Assembly: GCA_963784705.1 (NCBI GenBank)
Contig: CAWASC010000012.1
Span: 210,400 to 274,399, forward strand
Source: an uncultured Actinomycetota bacterium
GTDB lineage: Bacteria; Actinomycetota; Actinomycetes; Mycobacteriales; SCTD01
Reading direction: 5' to 3'
DNA length: 64,000 nt
The notes under the pieces are model-generated. The model was not told the origin of the DNA, ran no database searches, and saw only the letters and a list, made by a program, of their open reading frames with translations. Position 1 is the stretch's first letter, and each line of letters starts with the position of its first letter. The translations under genes and the position numbers were made by a program. This document shows positions 38,061 through 50,039 of the stretch, piece after piece.

Positions 38061-38678
38061 GTGGACATCGTCGTCAAGGGACGCAACGTCGAGGTTCCGG
38101 AGCACTTCCGGCAGCACGTCCAGGACAAGCTCGCCCCGTCCGAACGCCTCGATCCCCGCGTGTACCACGTCGACGTCGAGCTGTTCCACGAGAAGAACCC
38201 ACGACAGTCCGCGCAGGCGCAGCGGGTCGAGATCACCGTCCGCGGCAAGGGACCGGTGATCCGCGCCGAGGCGTGCGCCGAGACCTTCTACGCCGCCCTG
38301 GACGCCGCGACGCTCAAGCTCGAAGCCCGGCTGCGCAAGAGCCACGATCGCCGGCGCGTGCACCACGGACTGCGGACGCCCGCGTCCGCGGGGGAGTTCG
38401 CCGCGTCGCTGGCGGCGGAGGACGACGCCGGCGACGTCGCGGTCATGGACCACGAGGGTGACCTGCCGGACGACGACACCGACAGCCTGCTGGTGCGGGA
38501 CAAGACGCACGAGGCGATCCCCATGACGACCACCGAGGCGCTGCACGAGATGGAGCTGGTCGGCCACGACTTCTTCCTGTTCGCGGACAAGGAGAACGGG
38601 CTGCCGAGCGTCGTCTACCGCCGTCACGGCTACGACTACGGCGTCATCCGCCTGTCGGGTGGTCTGTCCGGGGGGTGA
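38061..38678 (+). CDS. hpf: ribosome hibernation-promoting factor (long HPF)
   Basis: GTG 38061 follows AGGAG (38051-38055) and is the tail of track ORF 37254..38678. Supporting sequence: VDIVVKGRNVEVPEHFRQHVQDKL... and the C-terminal dimerisation domain EALHEMELVGHDFFLFADKENGLPSVVYRRHGYDYGVIRL. Confidence 0.9.
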   Translation: MDIVVKGRNVEVPEHFRQHVQDKLAPSERLDPRVYHVDVELFHEKNPRQSAQAQRVEITVRGKGPVIRAEACAETFYAALDAATLKLEARLRKSHDRRRVHHGLRTPASAGEFAASLAAEDDAGDVAVMDHEGDLPDDDTDSLLVRDKTHEAIPMTTTEALHEMELVGHDFFLFADKENGLPSVVYRRHGYDYGVIRLSGGLSGG

Positions 38679-38865
38679 CACCACCCGTCGTGGCTGGTCA
38701 CCCTCGGATCACCCGTGCGGGTGATTCGTGGCCTCGGTCAAGGCGTTGAACGGGGCGTTGTGCCGCGCCCGCAGGCCGGGGCGTGCCATGATCGGTGCGC
38801 CCCATCCCTCCGGGCTCCTCCCTTCGGGCTAGGCGCCGAGAGTCCGCACACGCTGGAGGTCCCCC

Positions 38866-39579
38866 TTGAGTGACCAGACCACGGCCGCTCCGACCGCGTT
38901 GACGGGGCTGATCCCCGTCGACCCGATCAGGGTCCTCGTCGTCGACGACCACGCCCTGTTCCGTCGTGGCCTGCAGATGGTCCTCGAGCAGGAGCCCGAC
39001 ATCGAGGTGGTCGGTGAGGCGGGCGACGGCGCCGAGGCCGTCGAGCAGGCGGCCGAGATGCTGCCCGACATCGTGCTGATGGACGTCCGCATGCCCAAGC
39101 GCGGCGGGATCGACGCGTGCACGGCCATCCACGACGCGGTGCCGTCGGCGAAGATCATCATGCTGACGATCTCCGACGAGGAAGCAGACCTCTACGACGC
39201 CATCAAGGCCGGTGCGATGGGCTACCTGCTCAAGGAGATCTCCATCGAGGAGGTCGCCTCCGCGATCCGTGCCGTCAACGGGGGGCAGTCGCTCATCAGC
39301 CCGTCGATGGCCAGCAAGCTGCTCACCGAGTTCGCCGCGATGGTCAAGAAGACCGACGAGCGCCAGCAGGTGCCGACGCCGCGCCTGACCGACCGCGAGA
39401 TGGAGGTCCTCAAGCTCGTCGCCAAGGGCCTGAACAACCGCGACATCGCCAAGCAGCTGTTCATCTCCGAGAACACGGTGAAGAACCACATCCGCAACAT
39501 CCTGGAGAAGCTGCAGCTGCACTCGCGCATGGAGGCGGTCGTCTACGCGGTCCGCGAGAAGCTCCTCGAGATCACCTGA
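38866..39579 (+). CDS. response regulator, LuxR/NarL family (no adjacent kinase on its own strand)
   Basis: TTG 38866 follows GGAGG. The receiver is RVLVVDDHALFRRGL...DIVLMDVRMP. The LuxR HTH is LTDREMEVLKLVAKGLNNRDIAKQLFISENTVKNHIRNILEKL. Confidence 0.9.
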   Translation: MSDQTTAAPTALTGLIPVDPIRVLVVDDHALFRRGLQMVLEQEPDIEVVGEAGDGAEAVEQAAEMLPDIVLMDVRMPKRGGIDACTAIHDAVPSAKIIMLTISDEEADLYDAIKAGAMGYLLKEISIEEVASAIRAVNGGQSLISPSMASKLLTEFAAMVKKTDERQQVPTPRLTDREMEVLKLVAKGLNNRDIAKQLFISENTVKNHIRNILEKLQLHSRMEAVVYAVREKLLEIT

Positions 39580-39610
39580 TCCTCGCTGCGCAGGAGAAAC
39601 CCCGGACGGG

Positions 39611-40231
39611 TCAGTCGAGGGAACGGCCCTCGGCCCAGCGGCGCAGCTCCCGGCGGTTGGAGAGCTGGAGCTTGCGGAGCACGGCGGAGGCGTGCGTCTC
39701 CACCGTCTTGAGCGAGATGAACAGCTCCTCCGCGATCTCCTTGTACGCGTAGCCGCGCGCCAGCAGTCGCAGCACCTCCCGCTCCCGGGCGGTCAACCGG
39801 TCGAGCTCCTCGTCGACGACGGGTACGTCGGAGCGGAAGGCGTCGAGCACGAAGCCGGCCAGCCGGGGGGAGAACACCGCGTCCCCCTCGGCCACCCGCT
39901 CGACCGCGTCGACCAGGTCGTCGGCGGAGATCGACTTCGTGACGTACCCCCGCGCACCCGCCCGGATGACGGCGATGACGTCCTCCGCCGCGTCGGACAC
40001 CGACAGGGCGAGGAACCGCGACGGCGCAGAGCATCCGGCGATGACCGCCTGCCCACCGCCGTCGGGCAGGTGCACGTCGAGCAGCACCACCTGCGGCTGC
40101 AGCCGATCGACGACGGCGATGGCCTCGGCCACCGTCGCGGCCTCGCCCACCACGTCGACCAGCGCACCGATCTCCGCGCGGACGCCGGTGCGGAACATCC
40201 GATGGTCATCGACGAGCACCACAGTGGTCAT
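39611..40231 (-). CDS. response regulator, LuxR/NarL family (LiaR-like)
   Basis: A 206-aa ORF. The receiver is VVLVDDHRMFRTGV...VVLLDVHLPDG. The HTH is LTAREREVLRLLARGYAYKEIAEELFISLKTVETHASAVLRKL. It overlaps the upstream kinase stop. Confidence 0.9.
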   Translation of the reverse strand: MTTVVLVDDHRMFRTGVRAEIGALVDVVGEAATVAEAIAVVDRLQPQVVLLDVHLPDGGGQAVIAGCSAPSRFLALSVSDAAEDVIAVIRAGARGYVTKSISADDLVDAVERVAEGDAVFSPRLAGFVLDAFRSDVPVVDEELDRLTAREREVLRLLARGYAYKEIAEELFISLKTVETHASAVLRKLQLSNRRELRRWAEGRSLD

Positions 40232-41394
40232 CGGGGCAGCTCCAACCGGATCTCGGTCCCCTCACCGGGCGCCGACCGGACGGCCGCCGTCCCGCCGTGC
40301 CGCTCCATCCGCCCCCGCACCGACCCACTGAGCCCGTGCCGGTCCTCGGGGACCGCGCCCGGGTCGAAGCCCCTGCCGCGGTCCCGCACGAACACCGACA
40401 CCGACGTCGGCTCGACCTCGCCGTACACGTCGACGAGCGGGGCGCCGGAGTGCCGGGCGGCGTTGAGCACCGCCTCGCGGGTGGCCGCCACCAGGGCCGT
40501 GACCCGCTCGTCCAGGGGCAGGTCCCCGACGGCCACGACCTCCACCGGTGTGTGGTGCAGCTCCTCGACCTCCGCCGCGACCGCCTCGAGCGCGGCGGAC
40601 AGCGTACCGGTGCCGGATCGCCCGGCGTACAGCCACGTGCGCAGCTCGCGCTCCTGGCTGCGCGCGAGCCGGGCCACCTCGGTCGGGGAGGCAGCGGCCT
40701 TCTGGATGAGGGTCAGGGTCTGCAGCACCGAGTCGTGCAGGTGCGCCGCCACCTCGGCGCGCTCCTGCGAGCGGATCCGCTCGCGTCGCTCCAGCGCCAG
40801 GTCGGTGGCCATGTTGAACCACCAGGGCGACGACAGCAGCACCAGCCCGACGACGACGACCGCGGTCGACAGCAGGCCGGCGCGCGCGACGGCGAGCTGG
40901 CCCCGGGAGGCGAGGAACCCGACGAGGCCGCCCACGAGCAGTACGGCGCCGGCGGACAGGCGGACCAGCGCGGTGCGCGTGCCGGTGGCCGAACGCCGCC
41001 ACCGCTGGCGCTGCGAGGCGTCCGCTTGCTGCCAGACCAGGACGACACCCGCGACGGCGAGCAGCAGGGGGACGGCGGCGACCCCGCCAGGGACCAGCCC
41101 CAACGGGAGGAGGACCGCGAAGGCCACCAGCCCGGCGACGACCAGGCCGGCGAGCAGCAGTCGGCCGCGCCGGTCCTCCCGGAGCATCGCCCCGTCGGTC
41201 TGCGGGAGGAAGACCCAGAACACGGCGTACAGCGCAACACCCAGGCCACTCGCAGCCACCAGCACCACGAAGCCCAGGCGTACGGCGAGCAGTGGCACTC
41301 CGGTGAACGCCGACAGCCCCCCGGCGACCCCACCCAGGACCCGCCCGTCGCCCGCACGCCGCAGGACCGGTCGGGGCAGATCGAGGGCGCTCAC
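40228..41394 (-). CDS. PspC-domain sensor histidine kinase (LiaS-like)
   Basis: Taken from track ORF 40228..41520; the start is probably GTG 41394. The PspC domain is LRRAGDGRVLGGVAGGLSAFTGVPLLAVRLGFVVLVAASGLGVALYAVFWVFLP. It is followed by TM helices, an H-box (AAHLHDSVLQTL) and an HATPase_c domain. Confidence 0.8.
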   Translation of the reverse strand: MSALDLPRPVLRRAGDGRVLGGVAGGLSAFTGVPLLAVRLGFVVLVAASGLGVALYAVFWVFLPQTDGAMLREDRRGRLLLAGLVVAGLVAFAVLLPLGLVPGGVAAVPLLLAVAGVVLVWQQADASQRQRWRRSATGTRTALVRLSAGAVLLVGGLVGFLASRGQLAVARAGLLSTAVVVVGLVLLSSPWWFNMATDLALERRERIRSQERAEVAAHLHDSVLQTLTLIQKAAASPTEVARLARSQERELRTWLYAGRSGTGTLSAALEAVAAEVEELHHTPVEVVAVGDLPLDERVTALVAATREAVLNAARHSGAPLVDVYGEVEPTSVSVFVRDRGRGFDPGAVPEDRHGLSGSVRGRMERHGGTAAVRSAPGEGTEIRLELPR

Positions 41395-41532
41395 CCGTTC
41401 AGCATCCCGCGACCGCGCTTTCGCTGTCGTCAGGGCTGGACCCTGACCCGCCTCAGGAGCGGCGACCCCGAGACGAAGACCAGGGTTGCTCCCCGATGTG
41501 GCCGACCCGGCCGCGGGCACAGGCTGCAGGAC

Positions 41533-42732
41533 ATGACCGAGACCACCTTCCCGACCGACCCGCCCCCGACCGACCCGTCCCCGATCGACCCGCCCCCTAC
41601 CGCCGCGCCCCGCGCGCCGCGGCTCGAGCGGCCTCGCGAGGCGCCGTTCAAGGGCGTCTGCACCGCGATCGCCCGCGCCACCGGGACCGACGTCCTGCTC
41701 TGGCGCGTGCTCGTCGTGGTGCTCACCTTCTTCGGTGGCACGGGCATCGTGTTCTACCTGCTGGGCATCGTCGCGATCCCCCGTGAGGACGAGGAGCGCT
41801 CCATCGCCGAGCGCCTGCTGCGCGGACCGGACCGCCGGCTCGGCCGCGGTCAGCTCTGGCCCGTGGTCCTGCTCGCCATCGCCGTCGCTCTGGGGCTCTC
41901 CGACCGGGACGGTCTGCTCGCGCTGCTGGTGCTCGGCGGGCTCGGTGCGCTCTGGTGGCGGCAGCGTGGCCCCTCGACGACCGTCCCGGCCGGCCCGTCG
42001 ATGTGCCCTCCCACGTCCCCTCCCACGTCCCCTCCCACGTCCCCTCCCACGTCCCCTCCCACAGCACCGCCCACGGGACCACGGCCGCCCGGTGCACCTC
42101 CCTTGCTGGCGTGGACGCCGCCGCCCCCGCCTCCGCCGCGCCCCCGTTCGCCGTTCGGTGCGCTCACCGCGAGCCTGGCCGGGCTCGCGGCCGCCGTCCT
42201 GGTGCTGCTCGACGTCAGCGGAGTGGTGTCGGTCCGCGCGGAGGTCGTCCTGGCCAGCGCGCTCGCCGTGGTGGGCGTCGGGCTGGTGGGGGGAGCGTTC
42301 TTCGGCCGCTCATGGGGGCTGGTGATGCTGGCCCTGGTGCTGTCGGTCGCCCTCGGCGCCACCGCGGCCTCGCGACCGGTGCGCGAGGCGGGCCTGGGTG
42401 AGCGAACGTGGACCCCCGTCGCCGCGGGCAGCTACCGGCTCGGGCTCGGGGAGGCCACGCTCGACCTGCGCCGGTTCCCCACTCCCAGCGACGGCGACGT
42501 GCGGATCACCGCACGGGTCGACGTCGGTCACCTGGTCGTCGAGGTCCCCGCCGGCCTGCCGGTCGAGGTGAGGGCGCACGCCGACATGGGGGAGCTGGTG
42601 CTCCCGGTGGACGGCGGGACCCGGAGCGGGAGCGATGTGACGCAGACGCTGTCGTTGAGCGCGGCCGGTGAGCCGCACGTCGTGCTGGACCTCAGCGTCC
42701 GCGTCGGTCAGGTGGAGGTGCGTCGTGTCTGA
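41533..42732 (+). CDS. PspC domain-containing membrane protein
   Basis: ATG 41533, the tail of track ORF 40297..42732. The PspC core is FKGVCTAIARATGTDVLLWRVLVVVLTFFGGTGIVFYLLGIVAIP. It has a Pro-rich (PPTS)4 linker, TM helices, and a C-terminal domain (…DVGHLVVEVPAGLPVEV…). Confidence 0.8.
   Translation: MTETTFPTDPPPTDPSPIDPPPTAAPRAPRLERPREAPFKGVCTAIARATGTDVLLWRVLVVVLTFFGGTGIVFYLLGIVAIPREDEERSIAERLLRGPDRRLGRGQLWPVVLLAIAVALGLSDRDGLLALLVLGGLGALWWRQRGPSTTVPAGPSMCPPTSPPTSPPTSPPTSPPTAPPTGPRPPGAPPLLAWTPPPPPPPRPRSPFGALTASLAGLAAAVLVLLDVSGVVSVRAEVVLASALAVVGVGLVGGAFFGRSWGLVMLALVLSVALGATAASRPVREAGLGERTWTPVAAGSYRLGLGEATLDLRRFPTPSDGDVRITARVDVGHLVVEVPAGLPVEVRAHADMGELVLPVDGGTRSGSDVTQTLSLSAAGEPHVVLDLSVRVGQVEVRRV
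42007..42054 (+). repeat. 12-bp x4 in-frame tandem repeat, (PPTS)4
   Basis: cctcccacgtcc is repeated four times exactly, followed by a degenerate copy. Confidence 0.95.
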
Positions 42733-42973
42733 AGAAGCAGAGCGTGAGACCTCAGTGCCGGAGCGCCCGTTGCACGTCCCGACCCTGCTCGCTGGGCTGG
42801 TCGCCCTGCTCGTCGCCGGGCTGGCCCTTCTCGACCAGGGTGGTGCGGTCGACGTGTCCGGGACGGTCGTGGCCGCCGGGGTCCTGGTCGCCCTGGCCGC
42901 AGCGCTGACCGTCCGTCAGGTCGTCACGCTGTCCGGTCGGCGCCGCCCGCCGGATCCTCCGGCACGCGGCTGA
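42725..42973 (+). CDS. small two-TM membrane protein (82 aa)
   Basis: GTG 42725 overlaps the upstream stop by 8 nt. There are two hydrophobic helices (LLAGLVALLVAGLALL, VVAAGVLVALAAALTV). It overlaps the convergent GNAT gene by about 50 nt. Confidence 0.5.
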   Translation: MSEEAERETSVPERPLHVPTLLAGLVALLVAGLALLDQGGAVDVSGTVVAAGVLVALAAALTVRQVVTLSGRRRPPDPPARG

Positions 42974-44039
42974 ACAGCACCATGTCGCGCGCGGTCCCGT
43001 CTCGGTCGAGGCGGGACCGTCGTGCGATGCCCTCCTGGACGAACCCGGCCCTGACCGCAGCGCGCTGCGACCGGAGGTTGTCCACGTCGGCGAGGAGCTC
43101 GACGCGGGACAGCCCGAGATCCTCGAGTCCCCACCGCGAGATGAGCGCGGCGCCGCGCCCGGCCACGCCACGCCCGCGGGCCCAGGGAGCGGTCCAGTAG
43201 CCGACCTCGCCGTACCCGTGCCGCCGGCCGCCCAGCTTGAGCCCCATCGCCCCGACCAGCTCGCCGGTCGTCGCGTCGGTGACGGCGAGCTCGGCCGCCG
43301 TACCCTCCGCCCACGCCGTCGCGATGTACCCGTCGAGGTAGGTCTCCGCGTCGCCGAGGGTGTACGGCGAGGGCACCGGCAGCCACTGGGCGGTCAGCGG
43401 GTCGTCGCAGGCGCGCTGGACGTCGGAGGCATCGGCGGAGGTCCACCCGCGGAGCGTGACGACCCCGTCGGTGAGGACCGGCGGCCGGGGCAGGGGGCGG
43501 GTGTCGGTCAGGGGGTCGGTCGCGAGCAGTGAGCCGATCCAGTCGTCCACCCGCACGCCGCGCTGCACGAACGACTGGCGCGTCCCGCCCTCGATGGTGA
43601 AGCCCGCCTTCTGCGCGACCGCCCGGGAGGCGTGGTTGCCGACGCAGCAGGCCCAGCCGATGCGCACCAGCCCGAGGGCCTCGAACCCCCAGCGGCAGAC
43701 GGCCGCCACCGCCTCCGAGGTCGCGCCGCGACCGCGGGCCTCAGGCATGGTCCAGTAGGAGATCGTCGCCTCGCCGCGCTCGATGCGCATGAGCCCGACG
43801 GAGGCGAGCAGGTCGCCCGTCGTGGCGTCACGCACGGCCCAGTGGGCCGCGGTGCCCGCGTCCCACCACCGGGCAGCGGCGGCGACGAACGCCCGGGCGT
43901 GCTCCGCGGTGTACGGCGAGGGAAGGCCGGTGTACCGCGTGACCTCCGGGTCGTTGGCCCCGCGCACGAGGTCGGCTTCGTCGTAGGGCTCCCACGGGCG
44001 CAGCTGCACCCGACCTGCGGCGATCTCGACCGGTTCCAT
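42924..44039 (-). CDS. tandem-GNAT N-acetyltransferase (two RimJ/RimL-like domains)
   Basis: ATG 44039. Only the C-terminal 371 aa of the 1330-aa track ORF 42924..46916 is credible. Two repeats share the pattern ...LRPW/LRGW ...D...Y(T/L)..P.PYT...A..(F/Y)......W..G....(W/L)AV.D..TG(D/E)L(L/V)..(V/M)GL......GE(A/V).(I/V).YW..P.ARGRG.... Confidence 0.85.
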   Translation of the reverse strand: MEPVEIAAGRVQLRPWEPYDEADLVRGANDPEVTRYTGLPSPYTAEHARAFVAAAARWWDAGTAAHWAVRDATTGDLLASVGLMRIERGEATISYWTMPEARGRGATSEAVAAVCRWGFEALGLVRIGWACCVGNHASRAVAQKAGFTIEGGTRQSFVQRGVRVDDWIGSLLATDPLTDTRPLPRPPVLTDGVVTLRGWTSADASDVQRACDDPLTAQWLPVPSPYTLGDAETYLDGYIATAWAEGTAAELAVTDATTGELVGAMGLKLGGRRHGYGEVGYWTAPWARGRGVAGRGAALISRWGLEDLGLSRVELLADVDNLRSQRAAVRAGFVQEGIARRSRLDRDGTARDMVLFSRVPEDPAGGADRTA

Positions 44040-44141
44040 GGTGGACCACCTTGCCAGCCCGGCTCCGGCGTCCGCGAGGGGATTGCCGCCTAGGATCGGC
44101 AGGAGACCGACAGGTCCGTCTGCTGAGGGAGTCGAGTTCGC

Positions 44142-47474
<3,333 letters not shown>

Positions 47475-47494
47475 TTCCGCCTCGACCCAGCCTC

Positions 47495-48076
47495 CTACAC
47501 GCCGACGACGTCGGTCACGCGCCAACGCCCTTCGAACCCCTCGAGGCGAAGGGCCAGTGCCGTCAGGCGGCCGTTGCGGACGACGGTGGCGCACGCCTCG
47601 ACGACGCCCTCCGGGCGGGTCTGCAGGTGCAGCGACCGGATGGCGCGGGCGTCTGGCCGACTGCCTACCGTCGTACGCGCGCGGCTGATGGCCGGGGCGA
47701 GCTCGGCGTAGAGCTCCGGGGTGGTGTCGCGCTGCAGCTGCTTGACGCTCCGGACCCCCGTGAGGGACTCCAGGACCGCGCGCACCACGGCGGCGGCGAA
47801 GGTGCGGGCCGGCGGGAGCGACGACGTCGGCGTGCCGTGCGGCGTCAGCCAGGCCTGCACCGCATCGGCGCCCGTGTCGTGCGGCGCGGTCGGTTCGGGG
47901 CGGAGCGGACGCGGGACCAGCGTGAGGGTGGGGCGGGGGCCGGGCTCGTCGTCGTACGGCGGGAGGCTGATCGGCGCGGGGAGCACACGGAGCACGGCAC
48001 TGCGGGCCCGGGCAGGTTCTGCGCCCGGCTGCAGGGGTTGTTCGGCCTGGGCGGGAGCGATCGTCAGGGCGGTCAT
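47495..48076 (-). CDS. Ala/Arg/Pro-rich conserved actinobacterial protein (Rv3235-like)
   Basis: ATG 48076, the C-terminal 193 aa of track ORF 47495..48742. Supporting sequence: ...ARTFAAAVVRAVLESLTGVRSVKQLQRDTTPELYAEL...RSLHLQTRPEGVVEACATVVRNGRLTALALRLEGFEGRWRVTDV. The family name is from memory, and the gene sits next to secA. Confidence 0.68.
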   Translation of the reverse strand: MTALTIAPAQAEQPLQPGAEPARARSAVLRVLPAPISLPPYDDEPGPRPTLTLVPRPLRPEPTAPHDTGADAVQAWLTPHGTPTSSLPPARTFAAAVVRAVLESLTGVRSVKQLQRDTTPELYAELAPAISRARTTVGSRPDARAIRSLHLQTRPEGVVEACATVVRNGRLTALALRLEGFEGRWRVTDVVGV

Positions 48077-48825
48077 GGGGTCTCCGGGGTGTGGGGCGGG
48101 ACGAGGTGGGTGCCGGGGTGAATGAGGTCGGGGTCGTCGCCGATGACGCTGCGGTTGGCCTGCCACCACTTCGGCCACGAGGCGGCGACCTCGGCGGTGC
48201 TGGCCGTCGGGCCCAGGGACCGGGCAGCAAGCGACCACAGCGAGTCCCCGGCGGCGACGACGACGTCCGCGAGGCTGGCCGCGGACTGGATCGGCAGGAC
48301 GGGCGTCGGTGGTCGGGGAGCGGCTGCGGGAGTGGCCGCGGGAGTGGCCGCGGGAGTGGCTGCGGGAGGGGGCTCCACGGGCCAGTCGAGGTCGCCGGGC
48401 ACCTGCGGCTGCTGCGCGGGTACGGCGGTTGCCGCGGGGGTTGGTGGCGCCGGCAGCGCCAGGGCGCTGCCCGTCGTCCCCAGCAGCACGGTGCCGGCGA
48501 CGACCGCGCCGGTCATCGCTCGAACCGTTCGGCGTACGGCGTGCGGGGCCATCCGGATGAGTGCGGCATCGATCAGCAGACCCGCGAGCCCCGGCAGTCG
48601 CGCGCCGAGGTCGAGCAGCACGACCAGGGCGAGCCACGCCGTTGCGGCCCAGGTGAGCAGCGCGACCACGGCGACCACCGGTCCGAAGGGGTCGGCCGTG
48701 GCCTGGTGTTGCGTGTGCTGCAGCACGGAGAAGGCGTGCCACGGCGAGCCGGCGAGCAGCCCGAGGGCCGGCGTCGCGAGCAGCGTCGCCGCGACGTGCT
48801 GAGGGGGCAGGGGGTCGTCGGCCAT
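48073..48825 (-). CDS. LysM domain-containing membrane protein
   Basis: A 250-aa ORF with TM helices in the N-terminal half and a Pro/Ala/Thr linker carrying a 12-bp x4 repeat (48323-48370). The C-terminal LysM-like segment is [18 protein letters not shown]...[28 protein letters not shown]. Confidence 0.72.
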   Translation of the reverse strand: MADDPLPPQHVAATLLATPALGLLAGSPWHAFSVLQHTQHQATADPFGPVVAVVALLTWAATAWLALVVLLDLGARLPGLAGLLIDAALIRMAPHAVRRTVRAMTGAVVAGTVLLGTTGSALALPAPPTPAATAVPAQQPQVPGDLDWPVEPPPAATPAATPAATPAAAPRPPTPVLPIQSAASLADVVVAAGDSLWSLAARSLGPTASTAEVAASWPKWWQANRSVIGDDPDLIHPGTHLVPPHTPETP

Positions 48826-48856
48826 GGCCTGGTCTCTTTCGTCGGCTGATAGTTGC

Positions 48857-48876
48857 GTTTGCTTGTGTTTGCTTGT
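48857..48876. repeat. 10-bp x2 direct repeat in a divergent promoter region
   Basis: gtttgcttgt gtttgcttgt lies between the LysM gene start (48825) and the 48945 gene start, in a locally AT-richer stretch. Confidence 0.8.
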
Positions 48877-48944
48877 GTACAGGGTCGTTCAGGGCAGGTC
48901 AAGTCGGGTTGCCCTGTGCTCCCCGGCGCGCAAGGCTGCGGAGC

Positions 48945-49505
48945 ATGCGTTGGGAGCAGCTGTTCGCCGACCTCGAGGCCCAGGCCGATGCCGCCCACAC
49001 CGCTGAGCTGGCGGCGGAGGTCACCGACCGCACGCGCCGTGAGCAGGGCCTGCTGGGACTGGCCGATCGGCTCCGGGCTGCGGTGGGTGCGCCCCTGGTG
49101 CTCGCGCTCGGCGCGGCCGGCACCCTGCGGGGGGACGTGCTCGAGGTCGGCCCGGACTGGCTGCTGCTGGAGGAGACCGGCCGGCGGGACCTGCTGGTGC
49201 CGCTGCGGTCCGTCGTCTCCCTCACCGGGGTCGGGGCTCGTAGCGACATCCCTGGCGGCGCGGGTGAGGTGGCTGGGCGGTTGGACCTGCGGTGGGCCCT
49301 TCGGGGCCTGGCGCGCAACCGGACGGGGCTGCAGCTCGTCCTGGGGGACGGGTCGGTCCTCGACGGCACGATCGACCGGGTCGGTGCCGACCACCTCGAC
49401 CTCGCCGAGCACCCGCCGGGCGAGGCGCGCCGCGCGGGGGCGGTCCGGCAGGTCCGGGTGGTCCCGCTGCTCAGCCTGGGCTACGCCCGCTCGGCGTCAC
49501 CCTGA
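48945..49505 (+). CDS. conserved hypothetical protein (186 aa)
   Basis: ATG 48945, internal to track ORF 48873..49505. The sequence is [43 protein letters not shown]...[15 protein letters not shown]...[12 protein letters not shown]. The coding signature is good. I do not recognise the function. Confidence 0.62.
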   Translation: MRWEQLFADLEAQADAAHTAELAAEVTDRTRREQGLLGLADRLRAAVGAPLVLALGAAGTLRGDVLEVGPDWLLLEETGRRDLLVPLRSVVSLTGVGARSDIPGGAGEVAGRLDLRWALRGLARNRTGLQLVLGDGSVLDGTIDRVGADHLDLAEHPPGEARRAGAVRQVRVVPLLSLGYARSASP

Positions 49506-49508
49506 GCC

Positions 49509-49573
49509 GGGACGTCTGCTCGGGACGTCTGCTCGGGACGTCTGCTCAGGACGTCTGCTCGGGACGTCTGCTC
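49509..49573. repeat. 13-bp x5 tandem repeat filling a convergent intergenic gap
   Basis: The unit gggacgtctgctc (variant aggacgtctgctc) occurs five times head to tail, followed by a degenerate copy. Each unit contains the palindrome GACGTC. It spans from just after the stop at 49503-49505 to the stop at 49572-49574. Confidence 0.95.
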
Positions 49574-49811
49574 AGGACTCGGTCAGGTCGCCGTCGCCGC
49601 CGAGGGGGTGCGCCGCGACGAAGGCCCTCGTCTCGGCGTAGCAGCGCGCGATGTACTCCTCCAGCGCACTGCTCTCCACCCGCCACTGCCCCCGGCCGCC
49701 GATCTTGATCGCCGGCAGCTCGCCGCTGCGCACGAGGGCGTAGGTCTGCGAGGCGGAGATGTTGAGCACCTCGGCGACGTCCGACAGCTGCAAGAACCGA
49801 GGTGCGGCCAT
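49572..49811 (-). CDS. helix-turn-helix DNA-binding protein (excisionase/MerR-like small HTH)
   Basis: ATG 49811, internal to track ORF 49572..49934. The 79-aa product is MAAPRFLQLSDVAEVLNISASQTYALVRSGELPAIKIGGRGQWRVESSALEEYI. Confidence 0.85.
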   Translation of the reverse strand: MAAPRFLQLSDVAEVLNISASQTYALVRSGELPAIKIGGRGQWRVESSALEEYIARCYAETRAFVAAHPLGGDGDLTES

Positions 49812-50039
49812 GGTGTCCCCCTGAGGTCTCGGCTGCCTGGCTGCGGGATGGATGCGGGCCTGCGCGCGGTGTGTCGCAGCCTGCGTTCGCTCCAGTCTGG
49901 CACCGGGCGCCTGCGATCGCGCCGGGCTGTCCACAGGTGGGGAGCGAAGCGACCCCTCGGTACGGCACCATGCCTCCGAGCCAGCCAGCCAGCCCAGCCC
50001 GTCCAGCCCCGCTCACGACCACCTGAGGGAGCAGCGCCC

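Noticed and set aside
49812-50039. 6C small RNA, expected next to ssd.
   Set aside because: I found GC-rich hairpins (for example 49903-49928 and 49963-49980) and C-rich tracts. I did not find two stem-loops with the loops of six or more cytosines that define 6C. A covariance-model search is needed, so no call is made.
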